DNA of 64,000 bases from the NCBI RefSeq assembly GCF_001194135.2, contig NC_068997.1, positions 40,472,457-40,536,456 on the forward strand, in the 5' to 3' direction. Positions 49,960 to 61,900 of the stretch are shown here, one piece after another; positions within the stretch are counted from its first letter, which is position 1, and each line of letters opens with the position of its first letter. This stretch comes from Octopus bimaculoides. Taxonomy: Eukaryota. The position numbers were made by a program, and so were the translations under genes. The notes beneath the pieces were generated by a model, which was given only the letters and a program-made list of their open reading frames with translations, had not been told where the DNA came from and searched no databases.

Positions 49960-51720
49960 TCCCATAAGGATCCAGGGTGTATATGTTGCTTATGTTTTAA
50001 TTACTTTTTGAAGCATGTCGTTTCAATTTTCTTGAAACTTCTTTCACAAAACAGCTTGCAATATCACTGAAATTTGAACCTTATCTTGCTGGTGCGCTCA
50101 CAGTCAGGGTCATTCTCAGTAAACCAGACCATGATTTTCATAACCTTAGTAACACAGATACCGTATTAAAAATTACGTGCTTGTGTCTGGCTCATTGGTA
50201 GGGCTGTCGAGAGCGGTGAGATGGCAGAATCGATAGTACGCAGGACAAAATGCTTAACGGAATTTCGTCCGTCTTTACATTCTGAGTTCAAAACCCACCG
50301 AAGTCAACTTTGCCTTTTATCCCTTTGGAGGTCGATAAATTAAGTACCAGAGGAACACTGGGGTCAATATAATCGACTTAATCTGCCCCCATCCCACAAA
50401 GAAATTGCTGGCCTTGTGCCAAAATTTGAAACCAATATTATGGTCATCAGGCACATTTTAAGATGTGTTGCCGTAATAATTCTTCAATAGATCAATTCTT
50501 GCTATGAGACTCTCTCAAATCCTCCATGTCTTCAGTATTCTACAGTCCCCTTTCATTGGTTATCCCAGCAATGTCATTGGCATCTACCTGTACATCCAGC
50601 ATGCTGTTACATGCTTCTGGCCATAACATCTTCCAAACTCTGTTCATGCAGATATTGGCTACTTCATCCCAGGCTTCTTTGATATTAATAGTGGATTACG
50701 TTGCATGGCAGCTTTTTCTAAATGCCACTGACAAATTGTTTGTATGCTTATATTCGCTGTCTTCTTTCAACAAGAAATTTCTTCTAAACGAAGTAGTAGA
50801 CCTTCATATTAAAAGAAGTGATGCTTGGTGGTAGGGATATTAGTTTTACGATAACGCAGATCGAAAGGATACCAAGATTTTAAGAGTGATCTTGGGCGTC
50901 AGCAAGCGCTAACAATACCTTATGTTCAAGGTTAGGTCCTTCGCAATATCGCTTCCCTGCTCGTCAAAAGTAAGACACAAACTACTGTATAAACATTTCT
51001 ATTTTTTTCAAGACATTCATGTTTGATTTCCAAATCACAGGCAGATAAATTTTTTGTTATCCTCCTCATGAGTGGAGGTGTTTGTGAATAATAAATAAGC
51101 ATTGAACTTTGCTCTAAATCTTCTGAAACATTACAGCGATCTTTTAAGGTCTTGAACAAACATTTTTGTAGTATTTTCTTTCTATTCTTTCCGTGAGGCG
51201 AAGAAGCAGGCTGGCATATTTTTCAAGAAAATACCTATTTCCTTTGCATTGAATGCATGTTGGGAAAGATAGTCGTCACACAAGAAGATACTCCTAAGTA
51301 TTAGTAGCAATTACTTAGTTTCATGGTTGTCTGTAATGACGATCTAACCAGAAATACAGATGCTGTGGAGGTTGGACGCTTCTGAATTGCAACCCTCTTT
51401 TTGTAAGTGTCTGAAGATGCTCCTTACTTTTTCCATTATCATCCCGCTTAATCTCATATTGCATTGCATTTCCTTGTCCATCCCTACCACAGTCATATCT
51501 TCAAATTTTCTCAGAAGTTTAATCCTTGAACTAATCATCTTCTTTGCTGATAATAATGACATCAGAGCAAGATTTATTTTATCCGCATTCTTCATTGCGC
51601 TTCTAGTCGTTGATGAGGCGACTTTTCAAGGTTTTCCTAAGTACACGTGACGTTCACAGTCGCTTTCACACTTGCAAATTTACATTCAGTCTGATACTTT
51701 TCCTCGACACCTTTGATGAA
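49960..51720 (-). mobile_element. pogo/Tigger transposase pseudogene, interrupted by a SINE
   Basis: CENP-B-type N-terminus (KSIRLNVNLQV, MKNADKI..GMIMEKVRSIF), DDE region NIKEAWDEVANICMNRVWKMLWP, and C-terminal FTENDPDCERTSKI. Confidence 0.85.
50210..50440 (+). mobile_element. SINE family B nested in Tigger
   Basis: GCGGTGAGATGGCAGAATCG..CTGAGTTCAAAACCCACCG..GGTCGATAAATTAAGTACCAG..GGCCTTGTGCCAAAATTTGAAACC. Confidence 0.88.
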
Positions 51721-51879
51721 CTTTCACTACATGAAAGTGCAGACAGCTTAATTATCAAGGTGGGTAGGAAATTGTACAAAGCACTTCGGTATGTATCATA
51801 CATACACCAAAATATTTCGAATGGGTGGGTGGGTATTATAGGTTCTTACGATCAGTGGTAATATCACAATCTAGTGACA

Positions 51880-51985
51880 ATTGCATCAATCTATTCTCAG
51901 CTAGAAAATTGAGTGTTCCTGCGACGGACCGGCGTCCCGGGCATTGGAGAATCCGGGAAACCAGCCTTATGATTCCTTACGATCG
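51880..51985 (+). mobile_element. Decayed 3' part of SINE family F / V-like SINE
   Basis: CTGCGACGGACCGGCGTCCCG..CCGGGAAACCAGCCTTATG matches the tail of the 47472 element. Confidence 0.55.
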
Positions 51986-52056
51986 AGAAGGAGCATCATC
52001 CTTTTTATATTCATTTTCTCGGACAATACCTGTTCCTTGAGAGTTTGGTTTACTAG

Positions 52057-52139
52057 GATGGTAAACACTTGTTTACTGCGATGGTAAACGCTTGTTTACT
52101 GCGATGGTAAACACTTGTTTACTGCGATGGTAAACACTT
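52057..52139. repeat. 23-bp tandem repeat x3.5, each unit palindromic
   Basis: Unit GATGGTAAACACTTGTTTACTGC contains GTAAACA-CT-TGTTTAC. Confidence 0.9.
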
Positions 52140-52733
52140 TCGTCTTTACTTTTGTTTCCATACGGCATAACACAATAAGACACTAAGCATAATATTCCAG
52201 GTAGGTTCTTATTATTTTTAGCATTATTGTTTTAAAAATTCTGGAAATTTTGCGCCAACGAAGACTTGACATATCAAGAGACTGGAGCGCTTAAAGAAAT
52301 AAGGACAAAGAAGGAGTTATAAGAACGTTTAAGACAAAATCAAACGAATACGATTAAGCAACAATGCGCATGACACCCAGAAAGTTAAAAGATATGAAGA
52401 GAGAATATGGACGGTAAACTACGAGCTGACAAAATGTAGCAAAATAGAAGTAGAGAGAAAGAGAAGGTGAGAGGAGGAGAAGTAGTGAGAGAGAGCGAAG
52501 TACAATGGAATAAAATTAACAGAGAGCAGCGAGAGGGTACCAGGAAAAGAACTTCGAGATTGGAATTGAGTGTGATGAGAAAATATGAAGAGCTGTTGAC
52601 TAATTCGAGGAATGCTCGAACAAAGTGCTCCTATGATATATTAACGAGGAATAAGGAGCCTGTAACCACCGAAGCTATTGTTCAAAACTTGCAACAAATA
52701 AACAAGCAACACCTAAATAAATGAATAAATAAA

Positions 52734-53638
52734 TAGGTGCGGGCGTAGCTGTGTGGTAAGAAGCTTGCTTCCTGACCACATGGTTTGGGTTCAGTCCCAC
52801 TGCATAACACCTTGGGCAAGTGTCTTCCATTATAGCCTCGGGCTGACAAAAGCCTTGTGAGTGGATTTAGTAGATGGAAACTGAAAGAGGCCCGTCGCGT
52901 ATATATATATATATATNNNNNNNNNNNNNNNNNNNNNNNNNNNNNNNNNNNNNNNNNNNNNNNNNACATACATTTATATGTATACATACATGCATATATG
53001 GGTACAGGACAGCAAAAAAAAGTTAAACACAATGAGAAACGAAAACATAAAAACGAAAACAGAAAACGAACTTTTTTTGCCCACTGCCTTCCTAAAGAAA
53101 AGACAGGTTTTTTCTGTCTCTTCTCTCATTCCACGTCTACATAGCGTTCATAATAATTTTTCTATCATCTTGACTCAACAGCCCTCACCGTTTGTTTTTA
53201 CTGTCTTGTTCTCACTGTCCTGTTCTTGTTAACACTTTCACACTCCACAAAAAATTCAAAATTTTATCTAATTTGCTTTGCGGGAAGGACTGTTCCAACG
53301 AATTTGCGCATTGTCCTTGCCTTCGAAACGCGGAGTAGATGGAACAGGGACAACTGACGAACGGGTATACTCTTTATGTTGCATGTCTCGTTTCTCTGTT
53401 TGTTTGTTTTTTGTTGTTCGAAAAGAGTTCGTTTACCTGTTTTCGTTTTTATGTATTCGTTTCTCATTGTGTTTAACTTTTTTTTTATGTCCTATACCCA
53501 TATATGCATGTATGTATACATATAGATGTAGGTTTGCACATATATGTATGGATATATGCATATATTTATATATAATTTATATTATTATATGATCGAACAC
53601 CACGCATCCTTTCCAAGTAAGTTTTATCTTTCTCTGTA

Positions 53639-53675
<37 letters not shown>

Positions 53676-53685
53676 NNNNNNNNNN

Positions 53686-53718
<33 letters not shown>

Positions 53719-53869
53719 ACGCCACCGTAACTTAGCAGTTCGGCAAAAGAACCGGAAGAATAAGTATTTGGCTTACAAAGAATGTCTTGGGGTCGATTTG
53801 TTCGACTAAAGGCGGTGTTCCAGCATGGCCGTAGTCAAATGAATGAAACAAGTAAAAAAATAAAAGAAT
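52734..53869 (+). mobile_element. SINE family A split by a foldback insertion
   Basis: Head 52734-52916 and tail 53712-53869 are separated by microsatellite, two short gaps and the 52969-53530 foldback. Confidence 0.75.
52969..53530. mobile_element. 562-bp foldback element with ~108-bp inverted arms
   Basis: Arm 52969-53075 versus reverse complement of 53424-53530: highly similar (TATGTATACATACATGCATATATGGGTAyAGGAC..AAAGTTAAACACAATGAGAAACGAAwACATAAAAACGAAAACAG). Confidence 0.88.
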
Positions 53870-55139
53870 AATATAAATGAATAAATAAATAAATACGTAT
53901 AGTGCTTTGACCTCGAACATTCGACAATGCTAATTCTCTTGGGAAAACATGGACGGCAAATACCGCAAATAACAAAGGCGTCATTAGGGACGGTGAGAAA
54001 AACAAATTAAGAGAGAGAAAAACTTCACTTAACACATTATTTAATTGAAAGAGTTAAGCTCACTACCTACACAATTTACTACGTGACGTCAGTAGCCGTT
54101 TGAAGCCATTTTATTTTACCGACATGACAAATGGCGTTTGCAAAAATGGCATGAAAGTTACAACATTCCATTTGTCGTCCTTTATGAATTGAAGTCTGTA
54201 ATGGAGTTAACCAAAGAAGCTTATACTCTTACACACTCACACATACATGCCTACATTACAAATATGCATATATACATGTACATACGTTATATATATGCAT
54301 ATATACGTAAGTAAGTACGTATATATGTGTCTTTGGGAGTGAATGTGTGTGTGTGTGTGTGTGTGTATCTGTCTGTGTATATATTCTTTTGCTTGTATCA
54401 CCCTAGAGCTGCGGTCATGCTGGGGCACCTCAACTATATATATANNNNNNNNNNNNNNNNNNNNNNNNNNNNNNNNNNNNNNNNNNNNNNNNNNNNNNNN
54501 NNNNNNNNNNNNNNNNNNNNNNNNNNNNNNNNNNNNNNNNNNNNNNNNNNNNNNNNNNNNNNNNNNNNNNNNNNNNNNNNNNNNNNNNNNNNNNNNNNNN
54601 NNNNNNNNNNNNNNNNNNNNNNNNNNNNNNNNNNNNNNNNNNNNNNNNNNNNNNNNNNNNNNNNNNNNNNNNNNNNNNNNNNNNNNNNNNNNNNNNNNNN
54701 NNNNNNNNNNNNNNNNNNNNNNNNNNNNNNNNNNNNNNNNNNNNNNNNNNNNNNNNNNNNNNNNNNNNNNNNNNNNNNNNNNNNNNNNNNNNNNNNNNNN
54801 NNNNNNNNNNNNNNNNNNNNNNNNNNNNNNNNNNNNNNNNNNNNNNNNNNNNNNNNNNNNNNNNNNNNNNNNNNNNNNNNNNNNNNNNNNNNNNNNNNNN
54901 NNNNNNNNNNNNNNNNNNNNNNNNNNNNNNNNNNNNNNNNNNNNNNNNNNNNNNNNNNNNNNNNNNNNNNNNNNNNNNNNNNNNNNNNNNNNNNNNNNNN
55001 NNNNNNNNNNNNNNNNNNNNNNNNNNNNNNNNNNNNNNNNNNNNNNNNNNNNNNNNNNNNNNNNNNNNNNNNNNNNNNNNNNNNNNNNNNNNTATATACG
55101 TTTACAAACCAAGGACGTTATATAGACCTCCTTGACTCA

Positions 55140-55255
55140 AGTTAGAGAAGGGGTGCGTATTATACACAAGGTTTAGGTTTTTCAGAGGTACAGCCCCCTA
55201 AAAATTCCCTGCGTATTATACTCAAGGGCGGACTATACTCGAAGATTTACGGTAT
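55140..55255. mobile_element. Terminus of a pogo/Tc2-like DNA transposon
   Basis: Ends GCGGACTATACTCGAAGATTTACGG-TA with repeated TGCGTATTATAC subterminal motifs. The partner end is not seen and may lie in the gap. Confidence 0.5.
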
Positions 55256-55449
55256 ATATACATATATGGAGTGAGAGAGATATAAAGTCGGAGATAGTTA
55301 TACGTATGTCGCTCATGCAATTTCACACATTAATGATGCAGACATATAGAATATAAAAAAGAAGAAATACATATACAAATATGTCTGCGTGTGTACAGAA
55401 AGACAGACAGACAGACAGATAGACAGTCATACAGATAGATTGATAGATT

Positions 55450-55499
<50 letters not shown>

Positions 55500-55504
55500 A
55501 AGAT

Positions 55505-55544
<40 letters not shown>

Positions 55545-55649
55545 GGGCTCGGAGGCGAAAGAGCCGAACAGTAAAGCCAAATCTGGAACGCTAGGGTTTC
55601 AAGGTGAATTACTTTTTGAAACATGTAGCCCTGTATACATCTACACATA

Positions 55650-55862
55650 TATTGGTTTCAAATTTTGGCACAAGGTCAGCAACTTCGGAGGCGGGGTTAG
55701 GCCGGTCACGTCGACTCCAGTGTCCAACTGGTACTTATTTTATCGACCCGTAAAGGATGAAAGAGTGAAAATCGACTTCTGCGGAATTTGAACTGTAAAG
55801 GCGGACGAAATGCCGCTAAGTATTTTGTCCAGCGTGCTAACAATTCTGCCAGCTCACCACCT
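55650..55862 (-). mobile_element. SINE family B
   Basis: GGTTTCAAATTTTGGCACAAGG..CTGGTACTTATTTTATCGACCC..AATTCTGCCAGCTCACCACC. Confidence 0.88.
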
Positions 55863-56344
55863 TGATTACACCTCCAAACACTCACACACNNNNNNNNNNN
55901 NNNNNNNNNNNNNNNNNNNNNNNNNNNNNNNNNNNNNNNNNNNNNNNNNNNNNNNNNNNNNNNNNNNNNNNNNNNNNNNNNNNNNNNNNNNNNNNNNNNN
56001 NNNNNNNNNNNNNNNNNNNNNNNNNNNNNNNNNNNNNNNNNNNNNNNNNNNNNNNNNNNNNNNNNNNNNNNNNNNNNNNNNNNNNNNNNNNNNNNNNNNN
56101 NNNNNNNNNNNNNNNNNNNNNNNNNNNNNNNNNNNNNNNNNNNNNNNNNNNNNNNNNNNNNNNNNNNNNNNNNNNNNNNNNNNNNNNNNNNNNNNNNNNN
56201 NNNNNNNNNNNNNNNNNNNNNNNNNNNNNNNNNNNNNNNNNNNNNNNNNNNNNNNNNNNNNNNNNNNNNNNNNNNNNNNNNNNNNNNNNNNNNNNNNNNN
56301 NNNNNNGATTCTGCCAGCTCACCGCCTTAAAACTAATCAGCACA

Positions 56345-56560
56345 TTGTTTTCTGCTCTAGGCACAAGGCCCGAAATTTTGGAGGCGGGGGCCAGTCAATT
56401 ATATCGACCACAGTAATCAACTGATACTTATTTTATCGACCTCGAAAGGATGAAAGTCAAAGTCGGCCTCGGTGGAATTTGAACTCAGAACGTAAAAGCA
56501 GACGAAATACCGCTAAGCATTTCGCCCGGCGTGCTAACGATTCTGCCAGCTCGCCGCCTT
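56345..56560 (-). mobile_element. SINE family B, well conserved (extra head fragment at 56307-56328)
   Basis: Reverse complement reads AAGGCGGCGAGCTGGCAGAATCGTTAGCACGCCGGGCGAAATGCTTAGCGGTATTTCGTCTGC..GTTCTGAGTTCAAATTCCACCGAGG. Confidence 0.92.
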
Positions 56561-58579
56561 ACTAATCAACATATTGACTGTAAGAATCGAAACGCTGTGA
56601 ACAGCTTTGAATATGGAAAGGAGAAAGTGGCAATATATAAAGGAGATAGATCGAAGTATTGGAGAAAATTTTGAAGAATATTTGAACAGTTCTATTGAAC
56701 TCCGAATTCCACCAACAGAGCATAGACAAAAATGATGAGTTAATCAATGATTTCAGTCTAGAAACCAAAAGCGCACTCGAAACATTCAACGTCACGGGAT
56801 TCGGCAGATTGTAGAATTGCAGTTCAAAACAGAATCGAAAACTTGAGTTTGTAACACCAATTATTCTCGATCGTGGTAGGTATTGCCCTACACCAAATAA
56901 GGCGGTTTATTATGTTTAATACATCCACAGCTATTTAGTTGCTTTGTCATCTGTAATGTTCGAACTGATTAAAGACGCTCTGATTGTGACCACCCCTGTT
57001 AGCTAAATTATCCAATGTATCATTTCTTGTTTTTAAAATAGTTGTTTTTGTAAAAAGTCTATCTCTTCTTTTTCGCAGGACGAACGACTGCATCAAGGCT
57101 TCTTTTTGTAGGTGACCACAAATAGTTATAGAAGATCTCAAGTGTTGTTTCTTCTGTAAGTTTACGAATACGTTGAGTGTATTAGGTTTATACTTGTCTA
57201 TACTTACTTGAGTAAGTATGTGAGTGTCTATACATACCGTTGACACACAGGTATACACTGTACTGTACTTTAACTTGGTGCCATTATTAAAATACCTTCA
57301 ATCTATTGGATCCTGCAAATAATTATACACACACACATGGACAAGAACACACGCACGCACGCACACATATGTATGTATATGTGTACACATATCCATATAT
57401 ATANNNNNNNNNNNNNNNNNNNNNNNNNNNNNNNNNNNNNNNNNNNNNNNNNNNNNNNNNNNNNNNNNNNNNNNNNNNNNNNNNNNNNNNNNNNNNNNNN
57501 NNNNNNNNNNNNNNNNNNNNNNNNNNNNNNNNNNNNNNNNNNNNNNNNNNNNNNNNNNNNNNNNNNNNNNNNNNNNNNNNNNNNNNNNNNNNNNNNNNNN
57601 NNNNNNNNNNNNNNNNNNNNNNNNNNNNNNNNNNNNNNNNNNNNNNNNNNNNNNNNNNNNNNNNNNNNNNNNNNNNNNNNNNNNNNNNNNNNNNAATACA
57701 AAAAAAGGTGGATTTTTTTGTATGATTGTGTATAGAGGAATATATTATTTTGCTTAAAAGAGTTCCAACACTGTCTGTTTTTTATGTTTTATTTATATTC
57801 CTGCAGAACTAATGTGGGGTATAGAATATGGAATATACAATATATAATATAATATACAATATATAATATAAAATAAAATAAAAATGGATGGCACCATGAA
57901 ATAAAGTATTGAATGTAGATGAAATATTGAGTGTTCAATATAAAGGATCAAATATATAAATATATAAATATAAATATATATATATAAAGGCCGTTGACAC
58001 ACATGTGTGTGTGTGTATCCATATGTATATGCACATACCAATATACATGTGTCAATACATATACACGTATATATGCATGTATATATATATATATATGCAT
58101 GTAATTATGTATGTACGTATGTATGTATATATGTATGTATTTGTGTGCGCGTGCGTGTGTATGTAAAACTCTAAGGATTAAATCTCCATGCTGCAGTGTA
58201 TTTACATTTGACCATAACGGATAAGATGAGCTGAAGATGGAAAGAGGTATTTCCAGCCGTTAATGAAGCGTACAGCCACCAGAAAACTAGACATTAAAAT
58301 GACCAGCAGGATTACACAAAACAACAGAGAAGAGAATGGAATGGACAGAGCACCATATCCACCATAGCAACCTCAGCTATTTCCGGAGAAAGACCATGAA
58401 CTGAGGTCACCTCTATAAATCACTGTAGTAGGAGAAGAGTATTAAGTCAGTGTGGGAGGTAGAGAGAGTGATGGTGGAAGTGGCAGATTAGGAGAGAGAG
58501 AGAAAGAGGGAGGGAGAGTAATGATAAATGTAGAAGAGTAGGAAGTAAAAGTAAAATATATACAATGCATTGTTTAATA

Positions 58580-58841
58580 CAGTTGTTCTCAACCGGGGTC
58601 AATATGGCCCTTAGGGGTCAATACAAGGTTTTGTGATGCCATAAATTGGCTATATTTCTGTGGCTGTGTGGTAAGTTAGGTGTAGGAGTGGCTGTGTGGT
58701 AAGTAGCTTGCTTACCAACCACATGGTTCTGGGTTCATTCCCACTGCATGGCACCTTCGGCAAGTGTCTTCTACTATAGCCTCGGGCCGACCAAAGCCTT
58801 GTGAGTGGAGTTGGTAGATGGAAACTGAAAGAAGCCCGTCG

Positions 58842-58892
<51 letters not shown>

Positions 58893-59114
58893 NNNNNNNN
58901 NNNNNNNNNNNNNNNNNNNNNNNNNNNNNNNNNNNNNNNNNNNNNAAGTTAGGTGTAGGAGTGGCTGTGTGGTAAGTAGCTTGCTTACCAACCACATGGT
59001 TCTGGGTTCATTCCCACTGCATGGCACCTTCGGCAAGTGTCTTCTACTATAGCCTCGGGCCGACCAAAGCCTTGTGAGTGGAGTTGGTAGATGGAAACTG
59101 AAAGAAGCCCGTCG

Positions 59115-59170
<56 letters not shown>

Positions 59171-59548
59171 TGTGTGTTTGTGTATGTGTGTGTGTGTGCG
59201 TGTGTATGTTTGTGTGTCTGTGTTTGTCCCCCCAGCATCGCTTGATAACCGATGGTGGTGTGTTTACGTCCGCGTAACTTAGCAGTTCAGCAAAAGTAAC
59301 CGATAGAATAAGTACTAGGCTTCCAAAGAATAAGTCCTGGGGTAGATTTGCTCGACTAAAAGGCGGTGCTCCAGCATGACCGCAGTCAAATGACTGAAAC
59401 ACGTAAAAGAGTAATTCCTAATAATAATTAATCATAAAAATATAATAGGAGCTTTTAGACGTCGAATGATTATGAGGGTCTTCCCCACTGAGTAAAATAG
59501 GAATCAAAGGGTTCAATAGGTAAAAGTAAAAATGGTTGAGAACCACCA
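58580..59548. mobile_element. hAT (Charlie-like) MITE interrupted by SINE family A
   Basis: 15-bp imperfect TIRs CAGTTGTTCTCAACC / GGTTGAGAACCACCA, with 8-bp TSD GTTTAATA / GCTTAATA. A related left end occurs at ~60407. Confidence 0.8.
58660..59411 (+). mobile_element. SINE family A, full length; 5' half assembled twice across a gap
   Basis: AGGTGTAGGAGTGGCTGTGTGGTAAGTAGC..GAAAGAAGCCCGTCG occurs identically at 58678 and 58951. Tail TGACTGAAACACGTAAAAGAG. Confidence 0.92.
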
Positions 59549-59559
59549 GCTTAATACAT

Positions 59560-59722
59560 CGCAAGATATAATACGTTGAAAATTCGAGTAAAAATGTCGG
59601 AAACCTCTTCTGCAGTAAATTGTAACCCTGTTTTCACTAATATCACTCCTTGCTTCTTCAAAAGAGAAAAACATACCGGATAATGTTGAATGATGTACAA
59701 AAATATGGAACATCGGGGACAT
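59560..59722 (-). mobile_element. Possible RTE-clade LINE RT fragment
   Basis: MSPMFHIF..SGMFFSFEEARSDISENRVTIYCR weakly resembles the RTE region after QG (LAPTLFSIFF..GVYLRYR). Confidence 0.3.
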
Positions 59723-59837
59723 GTTTGAATATTGCTCTGCTCAATCGAAACTGACCTGGGGCTATTACGAGTACAAAATGGAAATGATAGGAAAATTGAA
59801 ATGATAGGAAAACGAACTAAGAGAGACGGAAAGAGAT

Positions 59838-60041
59838 AGGCGTAGGAGTGGCTGTGTGGTAAGTAGCTTGCTTACCAACCACATGGTTCCGGGTTCAGTC
59901 CCACTGCGTAGCACCTTGGGAAACTGTCTTCTACTATAGCCTCGGGCCGACCAAAGCCTTGACAGTGGATTTGGTAGACGGAAACTGAAAGAAGCCCGTC
60001 GTATATATGTATGTATATATATGTGTGTGTGTGTCTGTGTG

Positions 60042-60082
<41 letters not shown>

Positions 60083-60336
60083 NNNNNNNNNNNNNNNNNN
60101 NNNNNNNNNNNNTCATCAAATGGTGATGATATGTGTGTGTGTGTGTGTCTGTGTTTGTCTCCCCAACATCGCTTGACAACCGATGCTGGTGTGTGTACGT
60201 CCCCGTAACTTAGCGGTTCGGCAAAAGAGGCCGATAGAATAAGTACTAGGCTTACAAAGAATAAGTCCTGGGGTCGATTTGCTCGACTAAAGAGCTGTTC
60301 CAGCAAATGACTGAAATGACTGAAACAAGTAAAAGA
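59838..60336 (+). mobile_element. SINE family A, full length
   Basis: AGGCGTAGGAGTGGCTGTGTGGTAAGTAGC head, B-box-like GGTTCAGTCC, internal (TG)n with gap, tail TGACTGAAACAAGTAAAAGAG. Confidence 0.92.
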
Positions 60337-60744
60337 GAGAAGGAGAATGCAAACGTAGAAGAGCAGGAGGCTAGAGAAAGTAAAATACATATAAGACATT
60401 ATTTAATAGTTCTTAACCGGGGTCCATATGGCTCTTACAGATCAATAAAGGGCTCAATGACGAGAGACAATTATTGTTTGGTAGCTAATATTTATTTAAG
60501 CACGAAGTGTAACCTAGTGGTTTGCTATCATAGGGGAGACAATTCCTTCTAGATTTAAGTAGAAGCAAGTTTGGAAGTTTGATATTTAAATCTAAGAGAA
60601 AAGAAAGTGTTCAGAATAAACAAATTTAACATTTCTTTTTCCTAAACGTTTATGAAGATACTGGTACTTAATTAGTAATTGCTAGAACGAATGCAACCGC
60701 GATAAAATGTGCATTCGCAACGAAAGGCGACGTAACGAAATATT

Positions 60745-60957
60745 GGCTTCAAATTTTGGCACACGGTCAGCAGCTTCGAGGGAGGAACTTAGTCGATTAC
60801 ATCGACTCCAGTACTCCACTGGTACTTATTTTATCGACCTCGAAAGGATGAAAGGCAAAGTCGATTTAAGCGGAATTTGAACTGAGAACAAGATGACAGA
60901 CGAAATACCACAAAGCATATTGCCCGGCGTGCCAACGATCCTGCCAACCCGCCGTCC
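60745..60957 (-). mobile_element. SINE family B
   Basis: TTCAAATTTTGGCAC..CTGGTACTTATTTTATCGACCTCGAAAGGATGAAAGGCAAAGTCG..CCCGGCGTGCCAACGATCCTGCCA. Confidence 0.88.
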
Positions 60958-61390
60958 TCATTTATGATGAACGTTGACGTATGAAACGACTGGACTTATA
61001 AGACCGTCATTGCTCATATTAAAACTTCCATTCGTCACATGAATTAAAGGGCCGCATTTTACACGTGCAGTGGGGTGGATTTCAAGCTGAAATGTTCATT
61101 TTATAAGCTGGCGTATACATTATGAGTAGAAAACAATTCTTTCTAACATCGGAATGTGGCAAACCAATTAGTGTAGAGGATACAGTTGACTAAGTCGATA
61201 GCTGTATTTCATTGGTATATAAAACTCTGTGTTTGAATAGTCCTTATGCGGAAGGATTAAAGTCAGTCTGGCATGATACGCTATTTAGTCCTAACAGAAC
61301 TAAACGTCACAAGGCATTTTATTCAACGCTCAAATGATTAGGTCAATTCACTGCAATGTAAAATGATAACCGAATGACATGGTGCATAAC

Positions 61391-61514
<124 letters not shown>

Positions 61515-61544
61515 TACACACACATATATCCATACATACATACA

Positions 61545-61900
61545 TACATTAATGGCTTGAATCTATAATAATCTAATTAGCTCTTTTCTTTCTGGTTTTG
61601 AGAATCCTAATTTCTCAGGATCGGCACTTTGGCAGTTTGTTAGATATCCCAGGACTTTAGTAATTACAGGTATAAACCTAAACTTGTAACCCTGGTAAAG
61701 TAGCTGTAAATTTCTCAGTAGTTCAGTATAGGTTATTTTTTGGGGTGGTGGTGGTGCTGATCCCTACCTTTATGTTGACGTCCGCTAAGCACTAATTTCC
61801 ACTATTGTACATTGGTTCTTTTCTCAGTCCTAAATCACTGTGTGTGATCTATTATGTTTGCATTTTATTGAAGTTTGCAGTGGGACATTCAATCAGTTTT
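61545..61900 (-). mobile_element. R4-like RLE LINE endonuclease fragment (fourth copy)
   Basis: KITYTELLRNLQLLYQGYKFRFIPVITKVLGYLTNC..EKLGFSKPEK...IQAIN, homologous to the 2053 and 25853 peptides. Confidence 0.75.

Noticed and set aside
52057-52139. CRISPR-like array (palindromic 23-bp repeats)
   Set aside because: The repeats are head-to-tail with no spacers, the context is eukaryotic, and there are no cas genes.
1521-57735. Long ORFs containing X runs (e.g. 22566-24068, 22903-24117, 44919-46309, 54237-55145)
   Set aside because: They are open only because they cross N gaps.
58231-58265. CTGAAGA-TGGAAA..TTTCCA-G (core plus stem II)
   Set aside because: GAAA is incomplete and no stem I or III is found. 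It could be a remnant but is unsupported.
58946-59131. Apparent tandem duplication of a SINE A 5' half
   Set aside because: The sequence is identical on both sides of a short N-run, which is typical of unmerged contig overlap. The same suspicion applies to the ~54-bp duplication at ~46001-46115.
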